From the NCBI GenBank assembly GCA_033551855.1, contig JAWSUI010000027.1, positions 1 to 51,103 on the forward strand: DNA of 51,103 nt, written 5' to 3'. This DNA comes from Deferrisomatales bacterium. Lineage in GTDB: Bacteria; Desulfobacterota; Deferrisomatia; Deferrisomatales; JACRMM01. Below are positions 18,754 through 29,023 of the stretch, one piece after another. The position numbers and the translations under genes are program-made. The notes beneath the pieces were generated by a model that saw only the letters and a program-made list of their open reading frames with translations, was not told the origin of the DNA and made no database searches. Each line of letters starts with the position of its first letter. The first letter of the stretch is position 1.

Positions 18754-20694
18754 ATGTGCGGCATCTGCGGAGTCGTGGGCGGCGACCGGGAGCGGGAGGA
18801 GGGACGGGTCGCCGCGATGAGCCGGGCCCTCGCCCACCGGGGCCCCGACGGGCACGGCCTGTGGGCGGACGACGGCGCGGTGCTCGGCCACCGGCGGCTC
18901 GCGGTGATCGACCCCAGCCCGGCCGGCCGCCAACCCATGGGGTCGGCGGACGGCCGCTTCTGGATCACTTACAACGGCGAGGTCTACAACTACCGGGAGC
19001 TGCGCCGGGAGCTCGAGACCCTGGGCGCGTCGTTCCGGACCGGGACCGACACCGAGGTGGTCCTGGAGCTCTTCCGGCGGGAAGGCGCGGCCTTCCTCCC
19101 CCGGCTCAACGGGATGTTCGCCTTCGCCGTCTGGGACCGGGTCTCGCGGCGGCTCTTCGCCGCCCGTGACCCCTTCGGCCAGAAGCCCTTCTACTATGCG
19201 GTCCGGGGGCGGCGGTTCCTCTTCGCCTCCGAGGTCAAGGGGCTGCTGGCCCACCCGGAGGTTCCGGCGGAGCCGGACCTGGAGGCCGTGGACGACTTCC
19301 TGTCGCTGCGCTTCATCGCCGCGCCGGCCACGATGGTACGGGGCGTCCGGAAGCTCCCGGCCGGCCACTGGCTCGCGTGGGGCGAGGCGGGCCTGCGGAC
19401 GGGACGTCATTTCGAGCTGTCCTTCCCCGAGGCGGGAGACGCGGCCGACGGCGACGCGGAGGCCGAGCTTCGGGACCGCCTCGAGGAGGCCGTGGCCGCC
19501 CACATGACGAGCGACGTGCCCGTGGGCGCCTTCCTCTCCGGCGGCCTCGACTCGAGCGTCGTGGTGGCGGCGATGGCCCGGCGCTCCCCCGAGCCCGTGG
19601 ACACCTTCTGCGTGGGGTCCGGGGTGCCCGGGTTCGACGAGCGGCCCCACGCCCGCCTCCTCGCGACCCGTTACGGGACGAGGCACCGGGAGAGCTGCGT
19701 CTCCCCCGGCCTCCTTAGCCGCATCCCGGAGCTCGTGGCCGGCCTGGACGAGCCCTGCGACCCGATCGCGGCCTGCTTCGACGAGGCGGCGCGCCTGGCG
19801 GCCCGTCACCGCAAGGTGGTGCTCGGCGGCGACGGGGGGGACGAGATCTTCGGGGGGTTCGACCGGTACGCGGCCTTCGGGTGGGCCGAGAGGTACGCGG
19901 CGCTCCCGCGGTGGGTCCGGGGCGGGGTGCTGGGGCCCCTCATCCGCTCCCTGCCCGAGTCCTTCGGGTACAAGAGCCTGAGCCAGAGGGCCCGCTGGCT
20001 GGACAGTGTGGGGCGGGACCGGGGAGGGCGCCTCTACGCGCGGATGACGGCCCACTTCCGCTTCGGGCCCGAGGACAAGGCGTGGCTCTACGGACCGGCG
20101 CTCCAGGGGCTTGTCGCCTCGCGGGACGCCCTGGCGGCCGTGGCGGACCCCTTCGAGCGGGCGCCGTCCGACGTGCCCCTGAACCGGATGCTCTACGCCG
20201 ACCTCCTGACGCGCTTCCCGGAGCACACCCTGGCCCTGTCGGACCGGCTCGGCATGGCCCACGGCCTCGAGGTCCGCGCGCCGTTCCTCGACCGGGAGTT
20301 GGTCCGGTTCGGCCTGTCCGTGCCGGCGGGCCTCCGGGTGCGGGGGCGCACCACGAAGGCCCAGTTGCGCTCGGCCGTGCGGCCGTGGCTCCCGGAACCG
20401 CTCGTGGAGCGCCCCAAGCAGGGGTTCATGTTCCCCGTGGCCTACTGGCTCGACGCCCAGGCCCTGGCCCGGGTCCGGACCGACCTCTCCGCGGGGAGCC
20501 TGGTCCGGGAGGGATGGATCGACGCGGCGGCCGTGGAGCGCCTGGTGGGGGAGCACGCCCGGGGGCGGACGGACCATCACGTGCGCCTGTGGATGCTCCT
20601 GAGCCTGGAGGCCTGGCACCGCCTCTACGTGGAAGGACGCGGTGCAGAAACCTCTGTTTCCGAACCCCTGCCGCGCGCCGGAGGCCTGCCGTGA
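18754..20694 (+). CDS. asnB: Asparagine synthase (glutamine-hydrolysing)-type amidotransferase
   Basis: N-terminal MCGICG (Ntn Cys2), 'HRGPDG', 'NGEVYNY', 'LNGMFAFA', 'GAFLSGGLDSS', 'GDGGDEIFGG', 'EVRAPFLD', 'KQGF'. Confidence 0.93.
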   Translation: MCGICGVVGGDREREEGRVAAMSRALAHRGPDGHGLWADDGAVLGHRRLAVIDPSPAGRQPMGSADGRFWITYNGEVYNYRELRRELETLGASFRTGTDTEVVLELFRREGAAFLPRLNGMFAFAVWDRVSRRLFAARDPFGQKPFYYAVRGRRFLFASEVKGLLAHPEVPAEPDLEAVDDFLSLRFIAAPATMVRGVRKLPAGHWLAWGEAGLRTGRHFELSFPEAGDAADGDAEAELRDRLEEAVAAHMTSDVPVGAFLSGGLDSSVVVAAMARRSPEPVDTFCVGSGVPGFDERPHARLLATRYGTRHRESCVSPGLLSRIPELVAGLDEPCDPIAACFDEAARLAARHRKVVLGGDGGDEIFGGFDRYAAFGWAERYAALPRWVRGGVLGPLIRSLPESFGYKSLSQRARWLDSVGRDRGGRLYARMTAHFRFGPEDKAWLYGPALQGLVASRDALAAVADPFERAPSDVPLNRMLYADLLTRFPEHTLALSDRLGMAHGLEVRAPFLDRELVRFGLSVPAGLRVRGRTTKAQLRSAVRPWLPEPLVERPKQGFMFPVAYWLDAQALARVRTDLSAGSLVREGWIDAAAVERLVGEHARGRTDHHVRLWMLLSLEAWHRLYVEGRGAETSVSEPLPRAGGLP

Positions 20695-20770
20695 GGCACC
20701 AGCGCCTGCGGCCCCGCGCTGTCCCTCCCAACCCCGACGACCGGGCGGTGAGCCCCAAGGGAGACATGCC

Positions 20771-21907
20771 ATGCGTATCGCCATGATGCTTCGGGCCCTG
20801 GACGAGAAGGGCGGGGTCGGCGTGTACACGCGAAACCTCGTCGAGACCCTGCTGGCCGTCGACCGGGAGAACGAGTACGTGCTCCTGTACCGCAACCCCG
20901 AGAACCTCGGGCGGTATGCCGACCGCCCGAACGTGACGGAGCGCCTGGTCCGGGGTTGGGGCGTGGCTCTGTGGGACCAGGTGGCCGTGCCCCTGGCCGT
21001 CCGCCGGGAGCGGGCGGACGTGGTGCTGCACCCGAAGTTCACGGTCCCGCTCTTCTCGCCGGCCCCCGCGGTGATGGTCCTGCACGGGGCGGACTGGTTC
21101 CTGCCGGAGGCGGCCCACTTCTACGGGCGGCTCGACTGCGTGTACATGCGCCTCTTCACGCCTCTCTATCTGAAGCGGTCCGCCGTCGTCCTCTCGGTGT
21201 CCGGCTTGACCACGGATCACTTCAACCGGATCTTCCGGCTCCCGGAGGGGAAGGTGCGCACGACGTACTTCGGCCCGGCCCCCCACTTCCGGAGGATCGA
21301 GGACCCGGCGGAGCTCCGGCGGGTGCGGGAGAAATACGGCCTGCCCGAGCGCTTCGTGCTCACCCTGTCCAAGACCTCCGGAGGGGAACGAAAGAACATC
21401 CGGGGCGTGTTTCGGGCCTACGAACAGCTCCACGGCGCGATTCCCCACCGCCTGGTGGTCGCTGGGAAGGGATGCGAGCGGTTCCGCCGGGACTACGCCG
21501 TTCCGGACGAGGGATGGGGGGCCGACGTCCTCTTCCCGGGCTGGATCGACCAGCAGGACCTGCCGGCGGTCTACTCCCTGAGCGACCTGTTCCTGTACCC
21601 GTCGAACATGGAGGCGTTCCCCATCCCCATCACCGAGGCCCTGGCGTGCGGGACCCCCATCGTCTCCTCTTCGGCGAACGGCCTGCGGGAGATCGCCGGC
21701 GACGCCGCCCTGCTGGTGGACCCGGGGGATCCCGCGGCCGTGGCCGCGGCGGTTCGGGAAGTCCTCGGCGACGCGGCGGTCCGCGACCGCCTCCGGCGGG
21801 CGGGCCTGGAGCGCTCCCGTGCTTTCTCGTGGGAGTCCTGTGCGCACAAGACCCTGGCGGCCCTCCAGGACGCCGTGGCAGCCCGGACGAACGGGGGGCG
21901 AGCCTGA
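20771..21907 (+). CDS. GT-B glycosyltransferase (GT4, MtfB-like)
   Basis: 'GGVGVYTRNL', 'VREKYGLPERFVL', 'RKNI', 'FLYPSNMEAFPIPITEALACGTPIVSS'. Confidence 0.9.
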   Translation: MRIAMMLRALDEKGGVGVYTRNLVETLLAVDRENEYVLLYRNPENLGRYADRPNVTERLVRGWGVALWDQVAVPLAVRRERADVVLHPKFTVPLFSPAPAVMVLHGADWFLPEAAHFYGRLDCVYMRLFTPLYLKRSAVVLSVSGLTTDHFNRIFRLPEGKVRTTYFGPAPHFRRIEDPAELRRVREKYGLPERFVLTLSKTSGGERKNIRGVFRAYEQLHGAIPHRLVVAGKGCERFRRDYAVPDEGWGADVLFPGWIDQQDLPAVYSLSDLFLYPSNMEAFPIPITEALACGTPIVSSSANGLREIAGDAALLVDPGDPAAVAAAVREVLGDAAVRDRLRRAGLERSRAFSWESCAHKTLAALQDAVAARTNGGRA

Positions 21908-21915
21908 GGAGGGCC

Positions 21916-22749
21916 GTGGGCGGTGCGGGCGCGACCGGCGGGGGAGGGCCGGAGGCTGCCTTCGGGGACCGGATCGTGGTCCTGGCGCCCCACATGGACG
22001 ACGAGACCCTGGGCTGCGGCGGGCTGCTGGCGCTCCTGTCGCCGACCCGGGAGATCGACGTCGTCTTCGCCACCGACGGCTCGGGTTCCCCTGCCCCCCC
22101 GGGAGGCAGGGCCGGGGATCCGGCGCGTTTGGCGGCGCTCCGGGAGGAGGAGGCCGCGGAGGCCCTGTGCGTGCTCGGTGTCCCACGGGGTCGCCTCCAT
22201 TTCCTGCGCTTTCCGGACGGGGGGCTCGCCCGGAACGAGACCGGCCTCCGACAGGCCTTGGCGGCGACAGCGGCCGGGTGGGGGCCCGCGGAGTTCCTGG
22301 TGCCGTTCCGGCAGGACTGGCACCCCGACCACCTCGCGGCCTACCGAGCCGCCGCCGCGGCCCTGGCCGCAGGGGACCTGAAGGGGCGCCTCGTGGAGTA
22401 CTTCGTGTACACGCGCCGGCGGCTGCTCCCCGGCGGGGACGTGCGCGCCTACGTGCGGCCCTCCCGGCTCGCCCGGGTCCCCATCGAGGCGGTGGCCGAC
22501 CGCAAACTCGGGGCACTGGGGCGATATCGGTCCCAGACGACCCTGTTCTACCCCGGCCAGGGCCGGCCGGTCCTCGGGCCGGAGCTCGTCCGCCGCGCCT
22601 GCGAGGAGCCGGAGTGTTTCCTGACCCCTGCCCCGGACGGGGAGGATCGGGGAGGGCTTCGGGTCGGCGGCCTGATCCGGGCGGCCACGCTCCTGGAGCC
22701 GGCGTTGAAGCGCCTCAAGGACCGGGTGTGGGCGGGGGGGGCCCGGTGA
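21916..22749 (+). CDS. PIG-L family deacetylase
   Basis: GTG after AGGAGG; 'APHMDDETLGCGG', 'TDGSGS', 'REEEAAEALCVLG', 'FPDG', 'DWHPDH'. Confidence 0.88.
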   Translation: MGGAGATGGGGPEAAFGDRIVVLAPHMDDETLGCGGLLALLSPTREIDVVFATDGSGSPAPPGGRAGDPARLAALREEEAAEALCVLGVPRGRLHFLRFPDGGLARNETGLRQALAATAAGWGPAEFLVPFRQDWHPDHLAAYRAAAAALAAGDLKGRLVEYFVYTRRRLLPGGDVRAYVRPSRLARVPIEAVADRKLGALGRYRSQTTLFYPGQGRPVLGPELVRRACEEPECFLTPAPDGEDRGGLRVGGLIRAATLLEPALKRLKDRVWAGGAR

Positions 22750-23543
22750 CGCCCGGGGACCTCGGCCGGCCCCTCCGGGCGGTGGTCTTCGGGGGCGCGT
22801 TCTTCGAGCCTGCGGCGCTGGAATTTCTGGCCCGCCTCGACGAGCACCCCGAGGTGGAGTTGCTGGGGGTGTTCTGCCAGAGCCGGGGCTTCGGGCTTCG
22901 CCGGCGGGTCGCCGACGTCGCCCGGCGGCGCAAGGCGCTGGCGGTGCCGATCCTCGCCGCCCAGGCGGCCGCCGCCGCCCTGCGGTTCGCCCGGGCGCCC
23001 GGGGAGACGCTTTCGAGGGCCCGCCGCGCGCGCCGTGCCCTGCGCCGCGCCGCGGCGGTTCCCGACCTCCACGCGCCGGCGGTGCGAGACCGGGTGCGGG
23101 CGCTTCGGCCGGATCTGGGGCTGAGCTACGGCTCGCCGCTGCTGCGCCCGGAGCTCTTCGAGATCCCGGCGCTCGGGACCCTCGGCATCCACCACGGGAA
23201 GCTGCCCGGGTACCGGGGGGTGAAGACGACCTTCTGGGCGGTGCACAACGGGGAGCCCGAGGCCGGGGTCACGATTCAGCGCCTGAACGCGGGTCTGGAC
23301 ACGGGGGAGGTCGTCCGGGAGGGGTCGGTGGGGACCGCCGGGAAGCGGTACGGCAGGGTGGCGGCGGAAGCGGAGGCACTGGGGATCGAGCTCTTCGTGG
23401 ACGCGGTGCTCGCGGTGAAGCGGGGAGAGGCCCGGCCCCGCCCGCAATGGGACGGCGTGTCCACGATGTACCGCCAGCCGGGAGCCCGGGACTTCCTGCG
23501 GTTGTGGCGCCGGCAGTTCGCCGGCCCGCGGCGGGGGGTCTGA
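22746..23543 (+). CDS. Formyltransferase family protein (Fmt/ArnA-like N-terminal domain)
   Basis: GTG overlaps the upstream stop; 'LRPDLGLSYG..LLRPELFEIPALGTLGIHHGKLPGYRG', 'GVTIQRLNAGLDTG'. Confidence 0.85.
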   Translation: MTPGDLGRPLRAVVFGGAFFEPAALEFLARLDEHPEVELLGVFCQSRGFGLRRRVADVARRRKALAVPILAAQAAAAALRFARAPGETLSRARRARRALRRAAAVPDLHAPAVRDRVRALRPDLGLSYGSPLLRPELFEIPALGTLGIHHGKLPGYRGVKTTFWAVHNGEPEAGVTIQRLNAGLDTGEVVREGSVGTAGKRYGRVAAEAEALGIELFVDAVLAVKRGEARPRPQWDGVSTMYRQPGARDFLRLWRRQFAGPRRGV

Positions 23544-23546
23544 CAA

Positions 23547-24770
23547 GTGGCCCGCGCCCTGCGCGTCGTCCTGGCGACCGAGACCTTCCACCCCGAGGTC
23601 GGGGGAGGGGAGAGCCAGGCCCGCCTTCTCGCGGACACCCTGACCCGGCGCGGCCACCAGGTGACCGTGGTCACGCGCCGTTCGCGAAAGGGGCTCCCGA
23701 GGCACAGGACGGAGGGCGGAGTGCCGGTGGTCCGCATCCCGCCGGCCGGGCCGGGGCGCTGGAAGAAGTGGGGGCTCGCGTTCACCGCGCTGGCCCCCCT
23801 GTGGCGCCTGGGCGGCGGGGCCGACGCGGTCCTGGTCTCGGGATTTCGCTTCCTGGGGGTGCCGGCCGTCCTCGCTCGAGCACCCCGCAAGGGGATCTGC
23901 GTCCTCAAGGCGGACAGCCCCGGGGAGCTCTCCGGGGAGTACTTCCGGGCGGGGCTGGCGCGTTTCGGGCTCGCGCCCCGGTCTCCCGGGGTGCGTTTGG
24001 GGATCGCCGCGCGCAACGCGCTCTTGCGCCGGGCGGACGGCTTCGTGGCGATCTCGGGGGAGATCGCCGAGGAGCTGGCGGACCACGGGGTCCCCCCGGG
24101 GCGGGTCCGCCGGATCCCGAACGGGGTGGACACCCGGCGGTTCCGCCCGGCCGGGGAGGGCGAGCGGGAGCGGGTGCGGGAGAGGCTCGGGCTCCCGCCG
24201 GGCCCGATGGCGGTCTACACGGGGCGCCTCGTTTCCTACAAGGGGCTCCCCCTCCTGCTGGAGGTGTGGCGGGAGCTGCACCGGGGGGTCCCCGAAGCGG
24301 TCCTCGTCCTGGTGGGGGCGGGGGGGACGGACATCCACGCGTGCGAGGCGGAGCTGCGGGGGTACGTCCGGGCCAACGGGCTCGACGGGAGCGTGCGGTT
24401 CGCCGGAGAGGTGCAAGCGGTGGAGGAGTACCTGCGGGCGGCCGACGCCTTCGTGTTCCCGACGGAGCAGGAGGCGTTCGGGATCTCCCTCGTTGAGGCC
24501 ATGGCCTGCGGTCTCCCCTGCGCGGCGACGCCGGTGGGGGGCATCCGGGACTTCCTGGAGCACGGCCGCAACGGCCTCGCGGTGGAGCCTCGCGACGGCC
24601 CGCGGCTCCGGGACGCCCTGGAGACCCTGCTCCGGGGCGGCGACGGCGTGGCGGCGCTGGGGCGCGCCGCTCGGGAGACGGTGCTGGCGCGCTTCTCGGA
24701 GAACGCCGTCGCCGACGCATACCTGGCCCTGTTCGAGGCGTTGGGACGCCCGGGGGGAGGGGAGCCGTGA
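23547..24770 (+). CDS. Glycosyltransferase family 4
   Basis: 'FHPEVGGGESQA', 'IPNGVDTRRFRP', 'YTGRLVSYKG', 'EAFGISLVEAMACGLP'. Confidence 0.92.
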   Translation: MARALRVVLATETFHPEVGGGESQARLLADTLTRRGHQVTVVTRRSRKGLPRHRTEGGVPVVRIPPAGPGRWKKWGLAFTALAPLWRLGGGADAVLVSGFRFLGVPAVLARAPRKGICVLKADSPGELSGEYFRAGLARFGLAPRSPGVRLGIAARNALLRRADGFVAISGEIAEELADHGVPPGRVRRIPNGVDTRRFRPAGEGERERVRERLGLPPGPMAVYTGRLVSYKGLPLLLEVWRELHRGVPEAVLVLVGAGGTDIHACEAELRGYVRANGLDGSVRFAGEVQAVEEYLRAADAFVFPTEQEAFGISLVEAMACGLPCAATPVGGIRDFLEHGRNGLAVEPRDGPRLRDALETLLRGGDGVAALGRAARETVLARFSENAVADAYLALFEALGRPGGGEP

Positions 24771-25651
24771 CCCCACCGGGGCGCCCGGTCGATCCCGACC
24801 TCACGGTGGTGATCCCCACCCTGGGCCGGGACCTCCTGCGCCGGGTGCTCGAGGCCCTCGAGGCCGGCACGGTCTGGCCGGCCCGGGTCATCGTCGTGGA
24901 CCAGGGGCAGCGGCCGGACCTGGGGCTGCTCTTGGAGGACGTGGGGGCGAGGAGCTACGACACCCTGTGGGTCCCCTCCGGCGAGAGGGGGCGGGCGCGG
25001 GGGGTGAACCGGGGCTTTGCCCACGCGGCCACCCGGTTCGTGGCGCTGACCGACGACGACTGCGTGCCCTATCCGGACTGGGTGGAGCGGATGGCCGACC
25101 GGCTCCGCCGGAACGAGGGGGCCATCGTGACGGGCCGCGTGGAGGCCGGGGAAGGGGAAGTGGTGCTGTCGGTCGTCACCGAGCGCGGCGAGACGGTGCA
25201 GCGCCGGCCGGGCTTGCGGTTCGACCGCCTGAGCGGCGGCAACATGGGGATCGCGAAGGCGCTCATGGAGCGGCTGGGCGGGCTCGACGAGGACCCGTGC
25301 CTTCGCACCGCCGAGGACGGGGAGCTCGGGTATCGGGCATTGCGCGCCGGCGTACCGATCCTCTACGCGCCGGAGGTGGCGGTCACCCACCTGGGGTGGC
25401 GCCGGGAGGCCGAACGGGAGGAGCAGTACCGGGACTACGCGAGGAGCCAGGGGGGGTTCTTCGGGAAGTACCTGCGGAGGGGCGACGCGTTCATCGCCCT
25501 GCGCGCGGCCGTGCACCTGCTCCGGGCCCTGCGCCGGTGGGGCGTGGGCCGCCTCCGGGGGGACGCCGAGCTGGCAGCCAACGGCCGGGCCTACGTGCTG
25601 GGGCTCCTGCCGGGGATCGCGGCCGGCTGGCGCAGCGAGGGCCCGGGATGA
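24767..25651 (+). CDS. Glycosyltransferase family 2
   Basis: 'LTVVIPTLGR', 'VIVVDQ', 'FVALTDDDC', 'GGLDE...AEDGELGYR'. Confidence 0.9.
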   Translation: MTPPGRPVDPDLTVVIPTLGRDLLRRVLEALEAGTVWPARVIVVDQGQRPDLGLLLEDVGARSYDTLWVPSGERGRARGVNRGFAHAATRFVALTDDDCVPYPDWVERMADRLRRNEGAIVTGRVEAGEGEVVLSVVTERGETVQRRPGLRFDRLSGGNMGIAKALMERLGGLDEDPCLRTAEDGELGYRALRAGVPILYAPEVAVTHLGWRREAEREEQYRDYARSQGGFFGKYLRRGDAFIALRAAVHLLRALRRWGVGRLRGDAELAANGRAYVLGLLPGIAAGWRSEGPG

Positions 25652-27132
25652 CCCCGTCGATTTCGCGACGGGCCGGGGCGGCCATGGGGTGGCAGGCGGC
25701 GCAGTTTGCCTGCACCCAGGCGATCTATTTCCTGCGCCTCCTGATCCTGGCGCGCCTGCTGGCGCCGGACGACTTCGGGCTGCTCGCCATCGCCACCGTG
25801 GCCCTGGGCGTCCTGCTCGGGCTGAGCGAGCTGGGGATGGTCTCGGCAGTCGTCCAGCGGCCCGAGGTGACAGAGGACCACTACGACGTGGCCTGGACCG
25901 TGGGAGTGCTGCGAGGCGCGGCCGTCGCCGGCTGCCTGGCCCTCGCGGCGCCCGGGGTGGCGCGACTCTTCGGGGAGCCGGGGGCGGCCCCCATCGTCGC
26001 CGCCCTGGCCCTGCGGCCGGCGATCGAGGCGCTCGCGAGCATCGAGATCGCTCGGCTCACCAAGGAGCTTCGGTTTCGCGAGCTCTCGGCGATCCGGGTG
26101 CCGCCGGCGGTGGTGGACATCGCCGTCGCCGTGGTGCTCGCCCCCCGCTTCGGGGTGTGGGCTCTGGTCGCCGGGGCGATTGCCCACGCCGTTGCCACTG
26201 TGATCCTCTCCTACGCCGTGACGCCTCGGCGTCCCCGCTTCCTTCTTCGAGCGGAGGCTGCCGCGGGGCTGTTGCGCTACGGCCGGTGGGTGCTGCTGAG
26301 CGGTGTCGTCGGCTTGGCTGCGAGCTCCACCTCGCAGGCCGTGATCTCGAGCGTGCTAGGCGCCGCAGGTCTCGGTGTCTACTTCCTGGCCTACAAGGTG
26401 GCCTTCTTCCCCTCGAACGTGGCCGGCGCGGTGGTGGGGACCGTGGCGTTCCCGTTGTATGCGCAGGATCCGAAGGGTGAGAGCGGCGCGAACGTGTTCC
26501 GTGCCCTCCTCACCGGTCAGGCGGTCGTCGTCCTGCCCGCCTATGCCCTCGTGATCACTTTGGCCCCGGAGCTCGAGAGCGTGCTCGGGCCACGGTGGGC
26601 CGGAACGGCTCCAGTGATCCGGATCCTCGCCGCCACGAGCGCGATCGGTCTCTTCGGGGAGTCGGTTCTCCCTTTGCTGATGGGAAGGGGAAGGCCGAAT
26701 CAGGTGCTCGTCATCGAGTCCGTCCAGTCCGGGGTTTGGCTGGCCGGCCTCTGGCCGCTGGTCCACGGCCTGGGGGTCCCCGGTGCCGCCGTTGCGTGGC
26801 TCCTCGGAGCCTCGGCCGGACAGGTCATCGCCTACGCCTACCTGCGCCGGGCTGCTGCCCGTCCCCTGCGCGGCCTGGCCGCCCGCCTGGGAGCCGTGAC
26901 GGTGGCTTCGATCGGGGGAGGGGGCGCGGCTGCCCTGGTCGTGACGGCCTTCGGGGGGGTGGGAGGGCTCGTTGTGTCGGCGCTGACCGGGGGCGGCGCA
27001 GCGCTGCTGCTGTTGCACGGCCTGGACCGCCGATTCGACCTGGGAATGATGCGCGCGCTCCGGCAGCGCGGGGCGACTCCCGACGGGGCGCCGGCCGAAG
27101 CCACGGACTCCATCCGAGCCATCGGGCCATGA
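25648..27132 (+). CDS. WzxC/PST-type polysaccharide flippase
   Basis: ATG overlaps the upstream stop; 'LILARLLAPDDFGL', 'ELGMVSAVVQ', 'FGVWALV', 'LGVYFLAY', 'LGPRWAGTAPVIRIL'; many TM segments. Confidence 0.88.
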   Translation: MTPSISRRAGAAMGWQAAQFACTQAIYFLRLLILARLLAPDDFGLLAIATVALGVLLGLSELGMVSAVVQRPEVTEDHYDVAWTVGVLRGAAVAGCLALAAPGVARLFGEPGAAPIVAALALRPAIEALASIEIARLTKELRFRELSAIRVPPAVVDIAVAVVLAPRFGVWALVAGAIAHAVATVILSYAVTPRRPRFLLRAEAAAGLLRYGRWVLLSGVVGLAASSTSQAVISSVLGAAGLGVYFLAYKVAFFPSNVAGAVVGTVAFPLYAQDPKGESGANVFRALLTGQAVVVLPAYALVITLAPELESVLGPRWAGTAPVIRILAATSAIGLFGESVLPLLMGRGRPNQVLVIESVQSGVWLAGLWPLVHGLGVPGAAVAWLLGASAGQVIAYAYLRRAAARPLRGLAARLGAVTVASIGGGGAAALVVTAFGGVGGLVVSALTGGGAALLLLHGLDRRFDLGMMRALRQRGATPDGAPAEATDSIRAIGP

Positions 27133-27266
27133 GGGAGGAGAGGGTTGCGCCGGCTTCTGCGGGGCTTCGGAAGGCGGGCCCACGCAACGGCGCGGCGGAG
27201 CAACGAAGGGAAGGACGGGTTTGGCTACACGTAGGTCGCGTCGCGGCGTTCGTGGCGCAAGAGCAT

Positions 27267-28028
27267 ATGGAGGCGAACGTGCTGAAGCGAATCGGGCGGT
27301 CCTTGCTGCCCAAGCCGGCGAGGCGAAGGCTCGCCGGGTGGGCCCGACGGCTGACGCGGCGCCCACCCGTCGGGCGGGTCGATTTCGGGGATCTGCGACG
27401 ACTTAGGCCCATTAGCGGGGACTGGGGATTCGACCGCGGCACGCCGGTGGACCGCCACTACCTCGGATCGTTCCTGTCGAACCACGCAGGGGACGTGAGG
27501 GGCAGGGTGCTGGAGGTGGGGACGAACGCCATGACCCTAGGGCTCGGCGGGGCGAACGTCACCCGGAGCGATGTGCTCCACGTGTCCGTCGGAGACCCGC
27601 CGGTCACCATCGTGGGGGACCTGGCCACCGGCGGCGGCCTGCCGATCGAGGCATTCGACTGCGTGATCGCGACCCAGACCCTGCAGTTCATCTATGATGC
27701 GGCAGCAGCAGTGCGGACCATCCATCGGATGCTTCGGCCCGGAGGGGTCGCGCTGGTCACGGGGGCCGGCATCAGCCGGATCTCCCGGTACGACATGGAG
27801 CGGTGGGGAGAGCACTGGCGCTTCACCTCGTGCTGTGCCCAGAAGCTCTTCGAGGAGGTCTTTCCGCCGGAGAACGTGACGGTGGAGACCTTCGGGAACG
27901 TGCTCGCGGCGGTGGCCTTCCTCCACGGCGTAGCGGCGGAAGAACTGACAAGGGAGGAGCTTGCCCACCATGACCCGGACTACGAGGTCCTGGTGGCCGT
28001 GCGGGTGGTGAGGCCGGAGGTTTCGTGA
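27267..28028 (+). CDS. SAM-dependent methyltransferase domain protein (glycan-locus type)
   Basis: 'PISGDWGFDRGTPVDRHY', 'GRVLEVG', 'FDCVIATQTLQFIYD...LRPGGVALVT', 'WRFT'. Start is uncertain (27129, 27267 or 27279). Confidence 0.82.
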   Translation: MEANVLKRIGRSLLPKPARRRLAGWARRLTRRPPVGRVDFGDLRRLRPISGDWGFDRGTPVDRHYLGSFLSNHAGDVRGRVLEVGTNAMTLGLGGANVTRSDVLHVSVGDPPVTIVGDLATGGGLPIEAFDCVIATQTLQFIYDAAAAVRTIHRMLRPGGVALVTGAGISRISRYDMERWGEHWRFTSCCAQKLFEEVFPPENVTVETFGNVLAAVAFLHGVAAEELTREELAHHDPDYEVLVAVRVVRPEVS

Positions 28029-29023
28029 GAATTCCGGGAAGGCGGTACGTGGGGCGGTTGGTGCGGTGGGCGCTCAGCCGGGGCCCGGGGAACGTCTTGA
28101 TTCTGGGCTACCACCGGGTGGGGAACGGTGACCCCGACCCCTTCGGTCTGGGTGTGTCGGCGCGACATTTCGCCGAGCAGATGGAGGTTCTCGGGCGCAG
28201 CGCGCGATGTATGGCGCTAGGGGACGCGGTCCGCGGCCTGGCGGAGGGGACCCTTCCGCCCCGCGCCGTGGCGGTCACCTTCGACGACGGGTACGCCGAC
28301 ACGCTCCACACAGCCCTGCCCGTGCTGGAGCGCCAGGGGGTGCCGGCGACCGTGTTCGTGACGACCGGTTTTCTGGGCACGGAGTTCTGGTGGGACGAGC
28401 TGGCGCGGACCGTCCTGGCGGGCTGGGGCCCGGAGAATCGGAGGGATCCCGGCACGGTGCGCCTCACGACGGGGGGCCGGACCCACGAGTGGCGCCTGGA
28501 GCCTGGTCGCGATCGGAGAGCCGCGAAGAACCGTCGCCGGGTGCTGGAAGAGATGTCAGGCATCCTCCTGACGGCGCCACCCGCGGCGAGGGCGGCCGCG
28601 CTCCGAGACGTCCGCAGGTGGGCTGGCCTGCCGGCAGCCGGAGCCGACGATCCTCGCGCGCTCACCGATGAGGAGCTGAAGCGGCTGGCCGCGAGCCCCC
28701 TCATCGAGATCGGGGCCCATGGCGACTCGCACGCCATGCTGGGCACCCTGGGCCTGGCCGAGCAGCGCCGGGAGGTCGGCAAGAGCCGGGAAACGCTCCA
28801 GGCCCTGACGGGTGCGGTCGTGACGAGCTTTTCCTACCCTCATGGGTCGTTGTCCCGGGAAACCGTGGAGATCGTGGGGGATACGGGCTTCACCGCCGCG
28901 TGCTGCAGTCGGGAGGATGTGGCGGTGACCGGTGAGAACCCCCTGACCCTGCCGCGATTCTGGGTTCGAGACCGTGGCGGCGGCCCTTTCGGGTGCTGGT
29001 TGGAGAGGTGGCTTCATGGCTGA
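28025..29023 (+). CDS. Polysaccharide deacetylase family protein
   Basis: 'LILGYHRV', 'VAVTFDDGYAD', 'PATVFVTTG', 'IGAHGDSH', 'FSYPHG', 'LPRF'. Confidence 0.9.
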   Translation: MRIPGRRYVGRLVRWALSRGPGNVLILGYHRVGNGDPDPFGLGVSARHFAEQMEVLGRSARCMALGDAVRGLAEGTLPPRAVAVTFDDGYADTLHTALPVLERQGVPATVFVTTGFLGTEFWWDELARTVLAGWGPENRRDPGTVRLTTGGRTHEWRLEPGRDRRAAKNRRRVLEEMSGILLTAPPAARAAALRDVRRWAGLPAAGADDPRALTDEELKRLAASPLIEIGAHGDSHAMLGTLGLAEQRREVGKSRETLQALTGAVVTSFSYPHGSLSRETVEIVGDTGFTAACCSREDVAVTGENPLTLPRFWVRDRGGGPFGCWLERWLHG

